Assembly: GCA_024277355.1 (NCBI GenBank)
Contig: JAJRVL010000011.1
Location: 1-32,000, forward strand
From: an archaeon
GTDB lineage: Archaea > Iainarchaeota > Iainarchaeia > Iainarchaeales > 1-14-0-10-31-34
Direction: 5' to 3'
Length of the DNA stretch: 32,000 nucleotides
Part shown: positions 1 to 9,366 of the stretch, piece by piece
Position numbering within the stretch: position 1 is the first letter of the stretch
How the letters are laid out: each line of letters starts with the position of its first letter
The notes under the pieces: model-generated
The model's input: the letters and a program-made list of their open reading frames with translations, nothing else
Told to the model about the DNA's origin: nothing
Database searches by the model: none
Position numbers and translations under genes: made by a program

Positions 1-1
1 A

Positions 2-358
2 CTATTCTTTTCTTTTAATAATTTTAACTTTTGACGGAGTAACTAAAATTCTTTCAGTTGAAATTCTTGCAATGTCCCCGTTAATTTCGTCTACAACGCC
101 TTTAATGCTCTTAACCATTTCCATTAATTTAATTGCATTTCTTTTTGACATGTCTCCAATATTCAACAAAAGAATGTTTCCTTTTCTTAATTAATCTATT
201 GCCATAGTTGTATCTTCATCGTTTAATAAAGAAACTGGTTTAACATAAGCATCTGCATCTTCAACCATTGTTTCTTCTTCTACATCAAGATTGTTTAAAA
301 ATTCCTCAATGTCTACATTGTCCTCTGTTTTCTTAAAAATTTTATCCATAAAAGCCAT
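2..358 (-). pseudogene. sepF: SepF-like cell division protein (DUF552-type core), interrupted by an in-frame TAA at 191..193
   Basis: The likely start is ATG 358 (MAFMDKIFKK..., with GGTGG about 8 nt upstream), followed by an acidic linker. Reading the same frame past TAA 191..193 gives LRKGNILLLNIGDMSKRNAIKLMEMVKSIKGVVDEINGDIARISTERILVTPSKVKIIKRKE, ending at stop 2..4. That is the conserved SepF C-terminal domain pattern (GNIllln...GDIarI...ilvtP). Confidence 0.7.
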
Positions 359-483
359 GAAAATTCCACCCCAATAATAATAATCCTGCAATATCATCTG
401 AAAAGAACATATTTTAAAATAAATAGACAAAAATCCAGAAAAGAATAGTTTGATTTAAATTAATTTTTCAATTAAGTTAGTTT

Positions 484-1683
484 ATGGCTAATTTATTTGA
501 AAAAGAATTACAAAAAGAAAGTATTTTCAAAGACAGAGATGCAATAAGCCAGCATTACTTTCCAAAAGAACTTCCATTTAGAGAAAAACAAATATCTGAA
601 ATAACAAAAATTTTAGCTCCTTCATTAAAAGGAAAAAAACCAGATAACTTGTTTTTATACGGCAAAGTGGGAACAGGAAAAACTACTGTAACATTTCATG
701 TAATGAAAGATTTAGAAGAATTTACACAAAAAAACCAAGGGAAAGCAGTATGCAATTATATTAACTGCAGAAATCATAACTCAAAATATAAAGTTTTAAT
801 TAAAGCAGTGAAAAAATTTTTTCCTGAAAAAAATTTTATTGGTTATTCAGCAGGATTTATTCAGGAAAAATTAATGGATTACTGCAGCAAAGAAAACCAA
901 GTTATTTTAATTTTAGATGAAATAGATAAAGTAAAAGATTTAGATGAATTAATTTATTCTTTAAGCAGAAGCAATGACGAAATAGAAAAAGGAAGCATTT
1001 CAATTATTGGAATTTCAAATAACTTAATGTTCAAAGAAAAATTAGATCCAAGAACTAAAAGTTCTTTATGCGAAAAAGAAATGATTTTTCCGCCGTATAA
1101 TGCAGAAGAATTAAGAGCAATATTAAATTCAAGAGTGAAATTAGCGTTTATTTCCGGCAGTGTATCTGATTCAGCAGTAAATTTAGCAGCAGCCATTGCG
1201 GCACAGGAATCAGGAGATGCAAGAACTGCAGTAATGTTATTAATGCGGGCAGGAGAAATAGCAGAAAATAGTGCTTCAAAAAAAATAACTGATTTAGAAG
1301 TGCAAAAAGCAAAAAAGAAAGTTGAAGAAGACATAATTTTTAATATGATTTCAACTTTGCCTGAACAACAGCAGTTAGTGTTAAAAGCAATAGCTTTGCT
1401 TTCAATGTCAACTAAAGGAATAAAAAAAATTACAGGACAAGAAGAACAAGGTGTGCTTTATTCAGGAGAAATATATGAAAAATACAAGCAATTAGCATTA
1501 AGTTTAAAGGAAAGCGTTGTAAGTTCACGATGGTATAGACAATATATCAATGAATTAGAAATGTATGGTTTAATTTTAACTTCTGCTTCAGGACCAGGAA
1601 TTAAAGGGCAAACAAAATTAATTAAATTAGGTTTTCCTCCTGAAAAAATTAATTCAATTTTAGAAAACCAGTTAAATAAATAA
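484..1683 (+). CDS. orc1: Orc1/Cdc6 replication initiator (AAA+ ATPase with C-terminal winged helix)
   Basis: Walker A LYGKVGTGKT, Walker B ILILDEID, sensor-1-like IIGISNN and sensor-2 GDARTAV are all present. The 399-aa length is typical. Stop is TAA. Confidence 0.95.
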   Translation: MANLFEKELQKESIFKDRDAISQHYFPKELPFREKQISEITKILAPSLKGKKPDNLFLYGKVGTGKTTVTFHVMKDLEEFTQKNQGKAVCNYINCRNHNSKYKVLIKAVKKFFPEKNFIGYSAGFIQEKLMDYCSKENQVILILDEIDKVKDLDELIYSLSRSNDEIEKGSISIIGISNNLMFKEKLDPRTKSSLCEKEMIFPPYNAEELRAILNSRVKLAFISGSVSDSAVNLAAAIAAQESGDARTAVMLLMRAGEIAENSASKKITDLEVQKAKKKVEEDIIFNMISTLPEQQQLVLKAIALLSMSTKGIKKITGQEEQGVLYSGEIYEKYKQLALSLKESVVSSRWYRQYINELEMYGLILTSASGPGIKGQTKLIKLGFPPEKINSILENQLNK

Positions 1684-4600
1684 TTATTCTGCAATGCATT
1701 CTGATTCAATACCTGTTTCTCTTGCAGTTAATTCACTTAATAATTTTTCTTTATTCCAGACAATATAAGTGAAATTTCCTTGATTTTTAACACATGCATA
1801 TTCAGAATCAATTAAATCAAATAATTCCTTTAATGAATCTGCACTTGAATTTGGAGCAGAATTAAAATGAGTTCCTGAAACTCCTTTTAATGGAATCCAG
1901 TTTCTTAAAGGTTCAGATGGATTGCTTGTATCTCCTGAAGAATAAAGTTTTATTTCACTAAAAGGATTATTTGAATAATCATTTATTTTAAAATAACTTA
2001 AAGGAACATTAACAGGAGAAAATAAAACTGAATGTAAAAAAGTTTTCCCTGTGTTTAACGGATTACTCCAAGATAACTTAAATACATTATCATAATCTAA
2101 ACCTAAATTTATGTTATCTGCATTAATTGTTTTTCTGTCAGAAAACAAAGTTCCTTCCGGATTTCCTGAAAAATCAACACAAGAACTTCCAATAGTTTTC
2201 CATTTAGTTAAATTGTCTGCTTCAATTAACTGCTTTTTATTTTCTGCATCAACTATTGAATAATAAATTAAAGCATTGTTTAATTCAGTTAAATCTGCTT
2301 TCATTAAAATCGGAGTAGCATAACTTGGATAAAATTTTGCTGTTCTTAAATTAGTTGAAACATCTCTTGCTAACTCCATTAAAGTTCCTTTATTTAAAGT
2401 AGAATTAAGTTTATTAAAATCATCAAACTGCCTTAACCATAAAGTAGTATAACCAGACAAACTAGAAGAAGAATAAATATCATTTCCTAATTCATTTAAT
2501 CTGAATAATCCATTAGGAGAAGTTACATCAAAACTTGAACCATAATTAATTCTGTTTAATTCACTTCCTTTTAATCCAATTTTTCCATCAAAAGGTATAT
2601 AATAAAAAACTGAATCTTCTGAACCCATTTCTGGTTCTAATTCAGAAGAAGGCTTAATTAAAGTAAATGAAAGAGAAATTAAATCAGCCTGAACATCAAC
2701 TGTTACATTATACCATCCTGGTAATTCAATTTCAGTTGAAGCACCTGAACTTAAATAAGAATCAACTGTTATATCAAATTTACTTTCAGCAAAATACTTT
2801 CTTACTAAATCATAATCTCCTTTATATGAAGTAGGCGTGTCATTGTTAACATTATTAGCCCAGTAATCAAAATCTTCAAAAAACTGGGAAGAAAAATTAT
2901 CTGTTATTAAAGTTGAATTAAAACTAAAAGAACCAGTTTTAGTTGCATCGCCTGCTTTAAACTGGATTAATCTGTAAATTAATTCCATTGAAAACTGCGA
3001 GGCATCACAGTATTTATAATCAACATAAGCTAAATTTTCTTTAGTGCATTTTCCAATTTCACTACTGACATTAAAAGAAGAAAAATTCCAGTTTAATTCA
3101 ATTTTTGGTTTTTGCAAAGAACAATCAGTTGATGCTGTTTCTTCGATACTGCATCCAACCCAAAAACTTACATCAAAGTTTGTTCCTGTTTCATTTAATG
3201 AACCTTCTCCAATACAAGCTTTTAAATCAAATGACTCTGATTCAATTGTTCCTGCAGAAGTTAATAATGAAACTTTAACTGGAATTGTTTTAGTGAAATC
3301 CCTTCCTTTAACAGAATACAATAAATCCAAAGAACCATTAATTATTCTGCTTGTCTCTAATGTTTGTCCTTCAGAAGTCAAAGTTAAAGTTAAACCAACA
3401 TTTCTTCCTTCGCTGTTTATGTCAATTGATTCAGCAAAAGAAGGAACTGAAACAAAAAATTCATTTAAATCAAAAATAACATCAGTTATTAAAGAAGAAT
3501 AATTATTCGAATAACTTTTTGCAAAAATATTTTTTTCAATTAAATTATCTGAATCAAGATAAAAAACATAATCAAGTCTATCAGGAGAAATTTCCATTGG
3601 ATTATCTGAAAGAATTACTGTTTCAAAAGGAACAACCAAAAAGTCTGGTGAATTATTTGCATCAAAAGTAAAAAGAATTGTTCCTGATGCAGTTTTTGTC
3701 TGAGTTATAGTTGAAGCAGAAGAAGCTAAAACTGAATCAAAATCAATTATTAAATCAGAAGAAATTATTTTTCCTTTATTTGTTTCTAATGATTCCTGCA
3801 TTGCAGTTAAATCAAGATAAATTGAATTAGAATCAATTTCAACTTCAGTTATTTTAATTTCAGGTACTCCATTATTTTTTTTCAAAGCAAACTGTTCAGT
3901 TAAATTAATTTTATTAAAAAATAATGAACCTGAAACAGGGTTTTCAGTACTTACTTGGGTTCCTCCAACAGGAAAATAAGCTGTTGCATAGTCTGAAACC
4001 CCTGGAACAGCATTAATTAATACAGTAAAAGGAATTGTTTCAAATAAAACATAGCTTCCTAATTCTATTTCTACATCAAGATTTCCATCAACTGAAACAT
4101 TTGAAGTTAAAGCATTTGTTTCAGCTGTATTAAGAGACAAATTTAATTCAGTTATTATTCCATCAGAAGTAAATGTCTGCCCTGAAAAACCAGTAAAAGA
4201 ATTTTCATCAAAAAATTCTAAATTAGAAAATAAACTTATTGAATAAGAATTAATTTTCTGGTTTAATAATCCATTAGATGAATCAAAAAAAGTAACTTCT
4301 TTTGATTTAATTCTTGAATCAGAAGAAGAAAAAACAAAAACTAAAGATTCAGGAGAAAAACTAAAAGTATTTGCATCTTGTACAATAACTTCTTTTGATG
4401 CAATTGCATCATCAAACTCTGCTGTTACTTCAATTAAAGAAAGAGGATATAATCCAGTGATTTTTTCTGCTCCGTCAAAAACTGCTTCACCTGATTCATT
4501 TGTTTCTTTTGGACCAAATAAAGTTTCTGAATTAGATACTGAATCAGTTATTTTTAGTTTTACTTCTGCTCCATTAACTGGATTTCCTTTTTCATCTAAT

Positions 4601-7600
4601 ACTTCAACTGTTAAAGGAGTTTCAGTAAAAGCATGGATTTCCTCAGGCAGTAAATTAATATTAAGGTTTAAATCACTCCTGATTCTTAATTCATGGAAAT
4701 TACTGTCAGAAAATCTTCCAGAATATACAGTTGTTTTTATTCCAGGAATTCTTCCCTCTAAGTTTTTCACTAATTTTACAGGTATAAAATTTGCATCAGC
4801 ATAAACTAATTCTTTTTCATTTAAAGAAAAAGTTTCAGTTATAATTCTGTCATTTGCTGTTCCTGAAAAAACATCTGATTTTGTTTTAATTAAATAATCA
4901 TCAAAAATTAATGCATTTAATGCTTCTGAAATTAATCCAGCAGAAGAATTTTCAACTGAAAAGTCAACAGAAGAGTAATCTTTATCATTGTTTAAAACAA
5001 AAGAAGATAATTTATAAAGACAATTAATTCTAATGCTTGAAACAGAACCAAAATCAAGAACTTCGCATAAAGTTTCAGTTGAAATGTCTGCAACTGAATA
5101 AGAATAACAAAAATCAGTATTGCATAAACTTAAGTCTTTTGTTTTATGATTTGAATAAGTGTAATCCTCTAAAGAAGTGAATTCTGTTTCATCTTCCGGA
5201 TCTAAAAAATATTCAGGACTGCTTCTGTTTTCTACAGCTAAAGCCTTGAAAAACAAAACTAAATTATTTGCATCAAATAAGCTTTCTTTTACTTTGATTT
5301 TAACTGGAACAATAAAAGAAGTTTCAGTGAATTCATCTTTATCATAATCAAAGTCATCAAATTCAACTAAAATTGCTTTTGCGTCTGCCTGAGTTGAATT
5401 AGATACAAAATCATTCTGGTAATTTCCTGTAAAAGAAGTTGTTTTTTTTACTTCAAATTGAGTAAAAGAAGTAAAAGGACTATCAAAAGAAGAAATAAAA
5501 ATTGAATCTTTTTCAATTGAATTTTCTCTTCCGGTTCCAATCAAAAAATTAAAATAAAAAATATTTGAATCAGGATTAACAGTAAATAAAAGATCTGCTG
5601 AATATTCCTGTCCTAAATTAATAGAAGTTGCAGGAAGCCCGTTTTCTTTAAATAATCCAATAAAATCAATTGAAACTTTTTCTGAAGACGAAATTTTTTT
5701 CAGAACAACATTAACTATTATTTTAGATTTAGGCAAAACTTCAAAGTCTTTTGTTTTAACTGAATAATAAGTTTCTTTTGAAATTACTGCATAATAATTT
5801 CCTTCATCAAAAGCAAAAGAATTAGTTTTTGGATTAAAAGAATATTTTGAGTCAGAAATTTTTCTTGCAGTTACTGCATTAAAAAATTCAATTTCAAAGT
5901 TTTCTATTTTTGCATTGGATTTTAATTCAGTTACATTTAATTCAATTATTCCTCTTATTTTTTCCATTTGAACTTCAAAAGCAGTTGTTTTGTTTGCATC
6001 AATTACTTTAGAAGAAGAAATGCCTTTCATGTCATTTGTTACTGCTTCAGCATAATACGTTCCAGGTTTAATGTTTTCAATTAAAGATTCTCCTTTAAAT
6101 CCAATTGAAGCAGAATAAGGAGTTCTTAAATCTTTTAAAGGACCTGAACCATATTTCAAAAACACGTTTCCTGAAGAAGCAGTGTTTCCTTTGTAATCCA
6201 AAACCTTAATTTTTGCTGAACCTGAATTTTGTTGTGTTGCTTTAACTAATTTAACAATTAAAGAATCCCCTTTTTTCAGTAATTCAGTTGTATTAAAATA
6301 AGGCAGATAACCCTGACTTGAAACTAAAACAATATATTCTCCGTCTTCTACAGCAAAAGAAGCATTAGAAACATTTTTTTTAACTGAAACAAATTCAAAT
6401 ATATTTCCGGTTTTTTCTCTTAATTCAACATCAGAAACAATAGATTCATTTGAAACAGAATCAACTACATTAATTGAAATTAAATCTTCTGTTCCGACAG
6501 CAAAACATTTTGCATTAAAAGTTACTTCTTCTCCTGTGTTAAGTGTTTGAGTTTTAGAAGGATTTTGACAGGAATAATTTGGAATTTCAGCTGAATCATA
6601 AACTTTAATGAAATAATCTCCTGCTAAAACATTAATGCTTTTTAATCCTGAATAAACTGAAACATTATCAAATCCTGAAACAGGACTTGAATTTCCTGCT
6701 TCAAACAAAGAAAATTTCATTTTATCTGAAATCAATGAATCTGATTCATCAAAAATTTTAACATGAATTGTTCCTGTTGGATCTTCTTTTTTAGTTAAAT
6801 ATAATTTAGTTCCAGCTAAAACTTGTTTTTCTATTTTTTTATAATCAGCTGATTCTGCACTAACTAAAACATTACCACAGCCTGATTTTTTTACTTTAAT
6901 TTGAATCATTCCATTAGTAGTCTGGCTTATTAAACCTCCGTCAGAAACTTCAATAAAAGAATTATCTTTAGAGCAATCAAATTCAGCTCTAATAAAATCA
7001 GTGATAACTGTCCCTGATTTTTTGTCATAAAACTTAATTGTTTTTGCTGCCCAGCTGTCTTCAAAAGAAATAACTTCTTTTTTCTTTAATTTAACCGTAA
7101 AAAATTGTTCTTTTTCTGTTAACTCAATTGTTTCATTAAAGTCATTAAAATCAGAAACATTTTTTACTTCAATTTTAATTACAGAAAATAAATCTAAATT
7201 AATTAATACAATTTGAGCATTTGCATCTGTTATAAATTTATTTTTATTTCCATCAATTGAAACAAAAACCTCAAAATCTGAAAGAATTTCATCAGAATTT
7301 TCTTTTTCTAAAGTAATAGTTAAAACAGCTTTTTCTTCTGCTGTAAAAAACAAAGACGAAAAAACCAAAAGCAATAAAACTAAAATTAATCCTGAAAATA
7401 AAACAAAAGAAGGAACAATTTTGTCTATTGGATCAATTACAGTATAAACTGGGATTTTTTCATTTAATTTATCTAAAACAGAATAATATTTATCTTCAAA
7501 AAAATAATAAAAAGCAGATAATTTTTCTTTTAAATTAACTGGTTCTTTTTCTTCTTTTTCCTGTTTATTTAGATCAAATGCAAATTTTCCTTTAAGTTCT

Positions 7601-7788
7601 GTTTTTTTGACTTCTTTACCTCTTAAAATTTCCTGTATTTGTTTTTTCTGCAAAAGCTTTTTTTCTGTTTTTTTGTTGTCTTGAGTTTGTTTTGATTCTT
7701 CTGTTTTTTCTTCAGGTTTTTTTTTCACTAATCCTTTTAAGGCATTTAATTCTTTTTCTAACTCAGCCATTACCATAACCTTCTCCAA
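1684..7788 (-). CDS. Giant (about 2030 aa) membrane-anchored surface protein with tandem beta-sandwich modules
   Basis: This is a single 6.1-kb ORF. It has a Lys/Glu-rich N-terminal segment of about 135 aa and one TM helix (VPSFVLFSGLILVLLLLVFSSLFF). About 1870 aa of Ser/Thr/Asn-rich sequence follows, with recurring G-[DEN]-Y strands (AGDYFIKVYD, DGEYIVLVSSQGY, PGTYYAEAV, EGNYYAVISKETY) typical of carboxypeptidase-regulatory/Ig-like folds. The ORF-track start is TTG 7788. ATG 7776 or ATG 7770 is more likely; ATG 7770 forms a TAATG overlap with the upstream stop. Confidence 0.85.
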   Translation of the reverse strand: MEKVMVMAELEKELNALKGLVKKKPEEKTEESKQTQDNKKTEKKLLQKKQIQEILRGKEVKKTELKGKFAFDLNKQEKEEKEPVNLKEKLSAFYYFFEDKYYSVLDKLNEKIPVYTVIDPIDKIVPSFVLFSGLILVLLLLVFSSLFFTAEEKAVLTITLEKENSDEILSDFEVFVSIDGNKNKFITDANAQIVLINLDLFSVIKIEVKNVSDFNDFNETIELTEKEQFFTVKLKKKEVISFEDSWAAKTIKFYDKKSGTVITDFIRAEFDCSKDNSFIEVSDGGLISQTTNGMIQIKVKKSGCGNVLVSAESADYKKIEKQVLAGTKLYLTKKEDPTGTIHVKIFDESDSLISDKMKFSLFEAGNSSPVSGFDNVSVYSGLKSINVLAGDYFIKVYDSAEIPNYSCQNPSKTQTLNTGEEVTFNAKCFAVGTEDLISINVVDSVSNESIVSDVELREKTGNIFEFVSVKKNVSNASFAVEDGEYIVLVSSQGYLPYFNTTELLKKGDSLIVKLVKATQQNSGSAKIKVLDYKGNTASSGNVFLKYGSGPLKDLRTPYSASIGFKGESLIENIKPGTYYAEAVTNDMKGISSSKVIDANKTTAFEVQMEKIRGIIELNVTELKSNAKIENFEIEFFNAVTARKISDSKYSFNPKTNSFAFDEGNYYAVISKETYYSVKTKDFEVLPKSKIIVNVVLKKISSSEKVSIDFIGLFKENGLPATSINLGQEYSADLLFTVNPDSNIFYFNFLIGTGRENSIEKDSIFISSFDSPFTSFTQFEVKKTTSFTGNYQNDFVSNSTQADAKAILVEFDDFDYDKDEFTETSFIVPVKIKVKESLFDANNLVLFFKALAVENRSSPEYFLDPEDETEFTSLEDYTYSNHKTKDLSLCNTDFCYSYSVADISTETLCEVLDFGSVSSIRINCLYKLSSFVLNNDKDYSSVDFSVENSSAGLISEALNALIFDDYLIKTKSDVFSGTANDRIITETFSLNEKELVYADANFIPVKLVKNLEGRIPGIKTTVYSGRFSDSNFHELRIRSDLNLNINLLPEEIHAFTETPLTVEVLDEKGNPVNGAEVKLKITDSVSNSETLFGPKETNESGEAVFDGAEKITGLYPLSLIEVTAEFDDAIASKEVIVQDANTFSFSPESLVFVFSSSDSRIKSKEVTFFDSSNGLLNQKINSYSISLFSNLEFFDENSFTGFSGQTFTSDGIITELNLSLNTAETNALTSNVSVDGNLDVEIELGSYVLFETIPFTVLINAVPGVSDYATAYFPVGGTQVSTENPVSGSLFFNKINLTEQFALKKNNGVPEIKITEVEIDSNSIYLDLTAMQESLETNKGKIISSDLIIDFDSVLASSASTITQTKTASGTILFTFDANNSPDFLVVPFETVILSDNPMEISPDRLDYVFYLDSDNLIEKNIFAKSYSNNYSSLITDVIFDLNEFFVSVPSFAESIDINSEGRNVGLTLTLTSEGQTLETSRIINGSLDLLYSVKGRDFTKTIPVKVSLLTSAGTIESESFDLKACIGEGSLNETGTNFDVSFWVGCSIEETASTDCSLQKPKIELNWNFSSFNVSSEIGKCTKENLAYVDYKYCDASQFSMELIYRLIQFKAGDATKTGSFSFNSTLITDNFSSQFFEDFDYWANNVNNDTPTSYKGDYDLVRKYFAESKFDITVDSYLSSGASTEIELPGWYNVTVDVQADLISLSFTLIKPSSELEPEMGSEDSVFYYIPFDGKIGLKGSELNRINYGSSFDVTSPNGLFRLNELGNDIYSSSSLSGYTTLWLRQFDDFNKLNSTLNKGTLMELARDVSTNLRTAKFYPSYATPILMKADLTELNNALIYYSIVDAENKKQLIEADNLTKWKTIGSSCVDFSGNPEGTLFSDRKTINADNINLGLDYDNVFKLSWSNPLNTGKTFLHSVLFSPVNVPLSYFKINDYSNNPFSEIKLYSSGDTSNPSEPLRNWIPLKGVSGTHFNSAPNSSADSLKELFDLIDSEYACVKNQGNFTYIVWNKEKLLSELTARETGIESECIAE

Positions 7789-9365
7789 GTGAAAAAATCA
7801 AAAACAAACTGTTCACATAAACTTCCATTGCTGTTGCATACTTTAAAATAAATTTTATAAGCAGTATTAGAATAAAGATTTGCATTTAAAACAGAAGAAA
7901 AAAAACCATTAAAGAAATCTTTCTGGCTTAAATCCTCAAATTCTGTTTGGCCTGTTGCAAAATTAACTATTTTTATGTCTTTTATAAAACCTTCCTGAAT
8001 ATTATGAATTCTTCCTTCAAAAGGAATCTGCATATCATATTTTGGATTTAAATTACAGGAAAAATTTTTATTAACAGACAAACTAACACCAGCTGTAAAC
8101 AAAACTCTGTCAAAAAATTTCAAAGGATTCCATACATTAACATCAAAAGCTGCTGCATTAATTTTAATTTGTTCAGATACTTCATTTCCATTAACACTTA
8201 ACTCCATTCCCGCACCCCCTAACCTGCAGGCAGTAAAATCAAATGTTTCGGAAGACGAATAAATAGTATCAGGAAAAAAATCAATATTTCCTAAAGGTTT
8301 AGCTTTAATCATAATATTTTTTGCAGTAATGTTCCAAGGAGAAAAACCAGTTAAATCATACAACAAAGCATCACCTGTTCCTGTTCCTGATAAACCATTT
8401 CTTCCTTTATCTCCATTACAACCGCAAATTCCTCCATCATCAGTTCCTCTTTTTCCTCCAATTCCTTTTAATCCTCCATTAACAGTAATATTTATTTTTG
8501 ATGATTTATTAACTGTATTAAATACTTTTACTTCCCCTGAATTTCCTCCGTTTCCTGCGTCTCCTCCGTCATGTGCTCCGCCGCAACCATTATTATTTCC
8601 TCCTTTTCCGCCATTTCCGCCATTTCCGCCTGAAGTATTTAAATTAATGCTTCCTTTTACTGCAATTAAATTATCAATAATTAAAGAATTTCCATTTCCT
8701 CCTTTTCCGCCATTTCCTCCTCTGATTGCATCCTGGCCTCCGCTGCCTTCATTGTTCCCCCAAGTCCCATTTCCTCCATGGCCTCCTGCACTAGAAAAAA
8801 CAGCATCAGCTTCTACTAAAACATTTTTAATATATAAAATTCCTGCATTATTTCCTGAAGTTGCTCTTCGCGAATCATTATCAATACTGCATCTTGTATC
8901 ATAATTTCCACACCTTCCACAACCTCCTTCATCTTTTGGACCATGCCAAACTCCATTATTTCCGTCTTCTCCAGAAGAAGAAATAATTGAATTTCCTTTA
9001 ATTAATAAATTTGCATCAATTGTAAGATTTGTATTTCTTGCATGAATTACAGCAGGACTTCCTGAAGCACCATTCATTATCACAGTAATACTTGAATCAA
9101 TCTTTAATGCAGTTCCTGCTTTATTAATTAACTTTGAATCAGCTCCAAAAATCAAAAAAATGTTTTTTGAATAACCTGCTTCTTTTTTTATTGTAAAGTC
9201 AGTTGCTTCAACTGTTTCCCCTGATTTTATAGTTAAAATAAAACTTTCATCATCAGTAATTTTTTCAAATTTTGGGGTATCCCAGTCTAATCCTGTAAGA
9301 ACTGCAGAATAAGCAAAAGAACAAAAAAACAAAACAAAAAATAAAAATAAAAATAATTTTTTCAT
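7770..9365 (-). CDS. Secreted glycine-rich (GGxGG) repeat protein, paralog A
   Basis: ATG 9365 gives the signal peptide MKKLFLFLFFVLFFCSFAYS, with GGTGA at 9371-9375, 5 nt upstream; the ORF-track start 9386 is probably over-extended. Gly tracts (GGNGGKGGNG, SGGNGGNGGKGGNNNGCGG, GGDAGNGGNSG) alternate with short hydrophobic strands such as LIIDNLIAVKGSINL. Confidence 0.8.
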   Translation of the reverse strand: MKKLFLFLFFVLFFCSFAYSAVLTGLDWDTPKFEKITDDESFILTIKSGETVEATDFTIKKEAGYSKNIFLIFGADSKLINKAGTALKIDSSITVIMNGASGSPAVIHARNTNLTIDANLLIKGNSIISSSGEDGNNGVWHGPKDEGGCGRCGNYDTRCSIDNDSRRATSGNNAGILYIKNVLVEADAVFSSAGGHGGNGTWGNNEGSGGQDAIRGGNGGKGGNGNSLIIDNLIAVKGSINLNTSGGNGGNGGKGGNNNGCGGAHDGGDAGNGGNSGEVKVFNTVNKSSKINITVNGGLKGIGGKRGTDDGGICGCNGDKGRNGLSGTGTGDALLYDLTGFSPWNITAKNIMIKAKPLGNIDFFPDTIYSSSETFDFTACRLGGAGMELSVNGNEVSEQIKINAAAFDVNVWNPLKFFDRVLFTAGVSLSVNKNFSCNLNPKYDMQIPFEGRIHNIQEGFIKDIKIVNFATGQTEFEDLSQKDFFNGFFSSVLNANLYSNTAYKIYFKVCNSNGSLCEQFVFDFFTWRRLW

Positions 9366-9366
9366 T

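Noticed and set aside
359-483. Replication origin (ORB/mini-ORB repeats plus DUE) in the sepF-orc1 divergent spacer
   Set aside because: Origins usually flank orc1, so I looked for inverted ORB-like boxes of the TCCA...GGAAA type. I found only weak pieces (AATTCCACCCC at about 363-373, ATCCAGAAAAG at about 432-442) and a loose direct repeat C(T/A)GAAAAGAA (398-407 and 436-445). The spacer is only 125 bp. That is not enough to call an origin; a GC-skew or Z-curve analysis on the whole contig would be needed.
954-4804. ORF-track entries 954..1334(-), 1458..1709(-), 3044..3502(+) and 4457..4804(+)
   Set aside because: They lie wholly inside, and antisense to, orc1 or the giant gene. Their composition is low-complexity with no motifs. 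Such open antisense frames are typical in AT-rich, stop-poor sequence.
8329-8904. A 191-aa Pro-rich + strand ORF (PPFPPFPPFPP...)
   Set aside because: It is the antisense shadow of the Gly-rich gene: GGN codons read as NCC on the opposite strand. It has no start context of its own, and the minus-strand gene has a signal peptide, an SD and a paralog.
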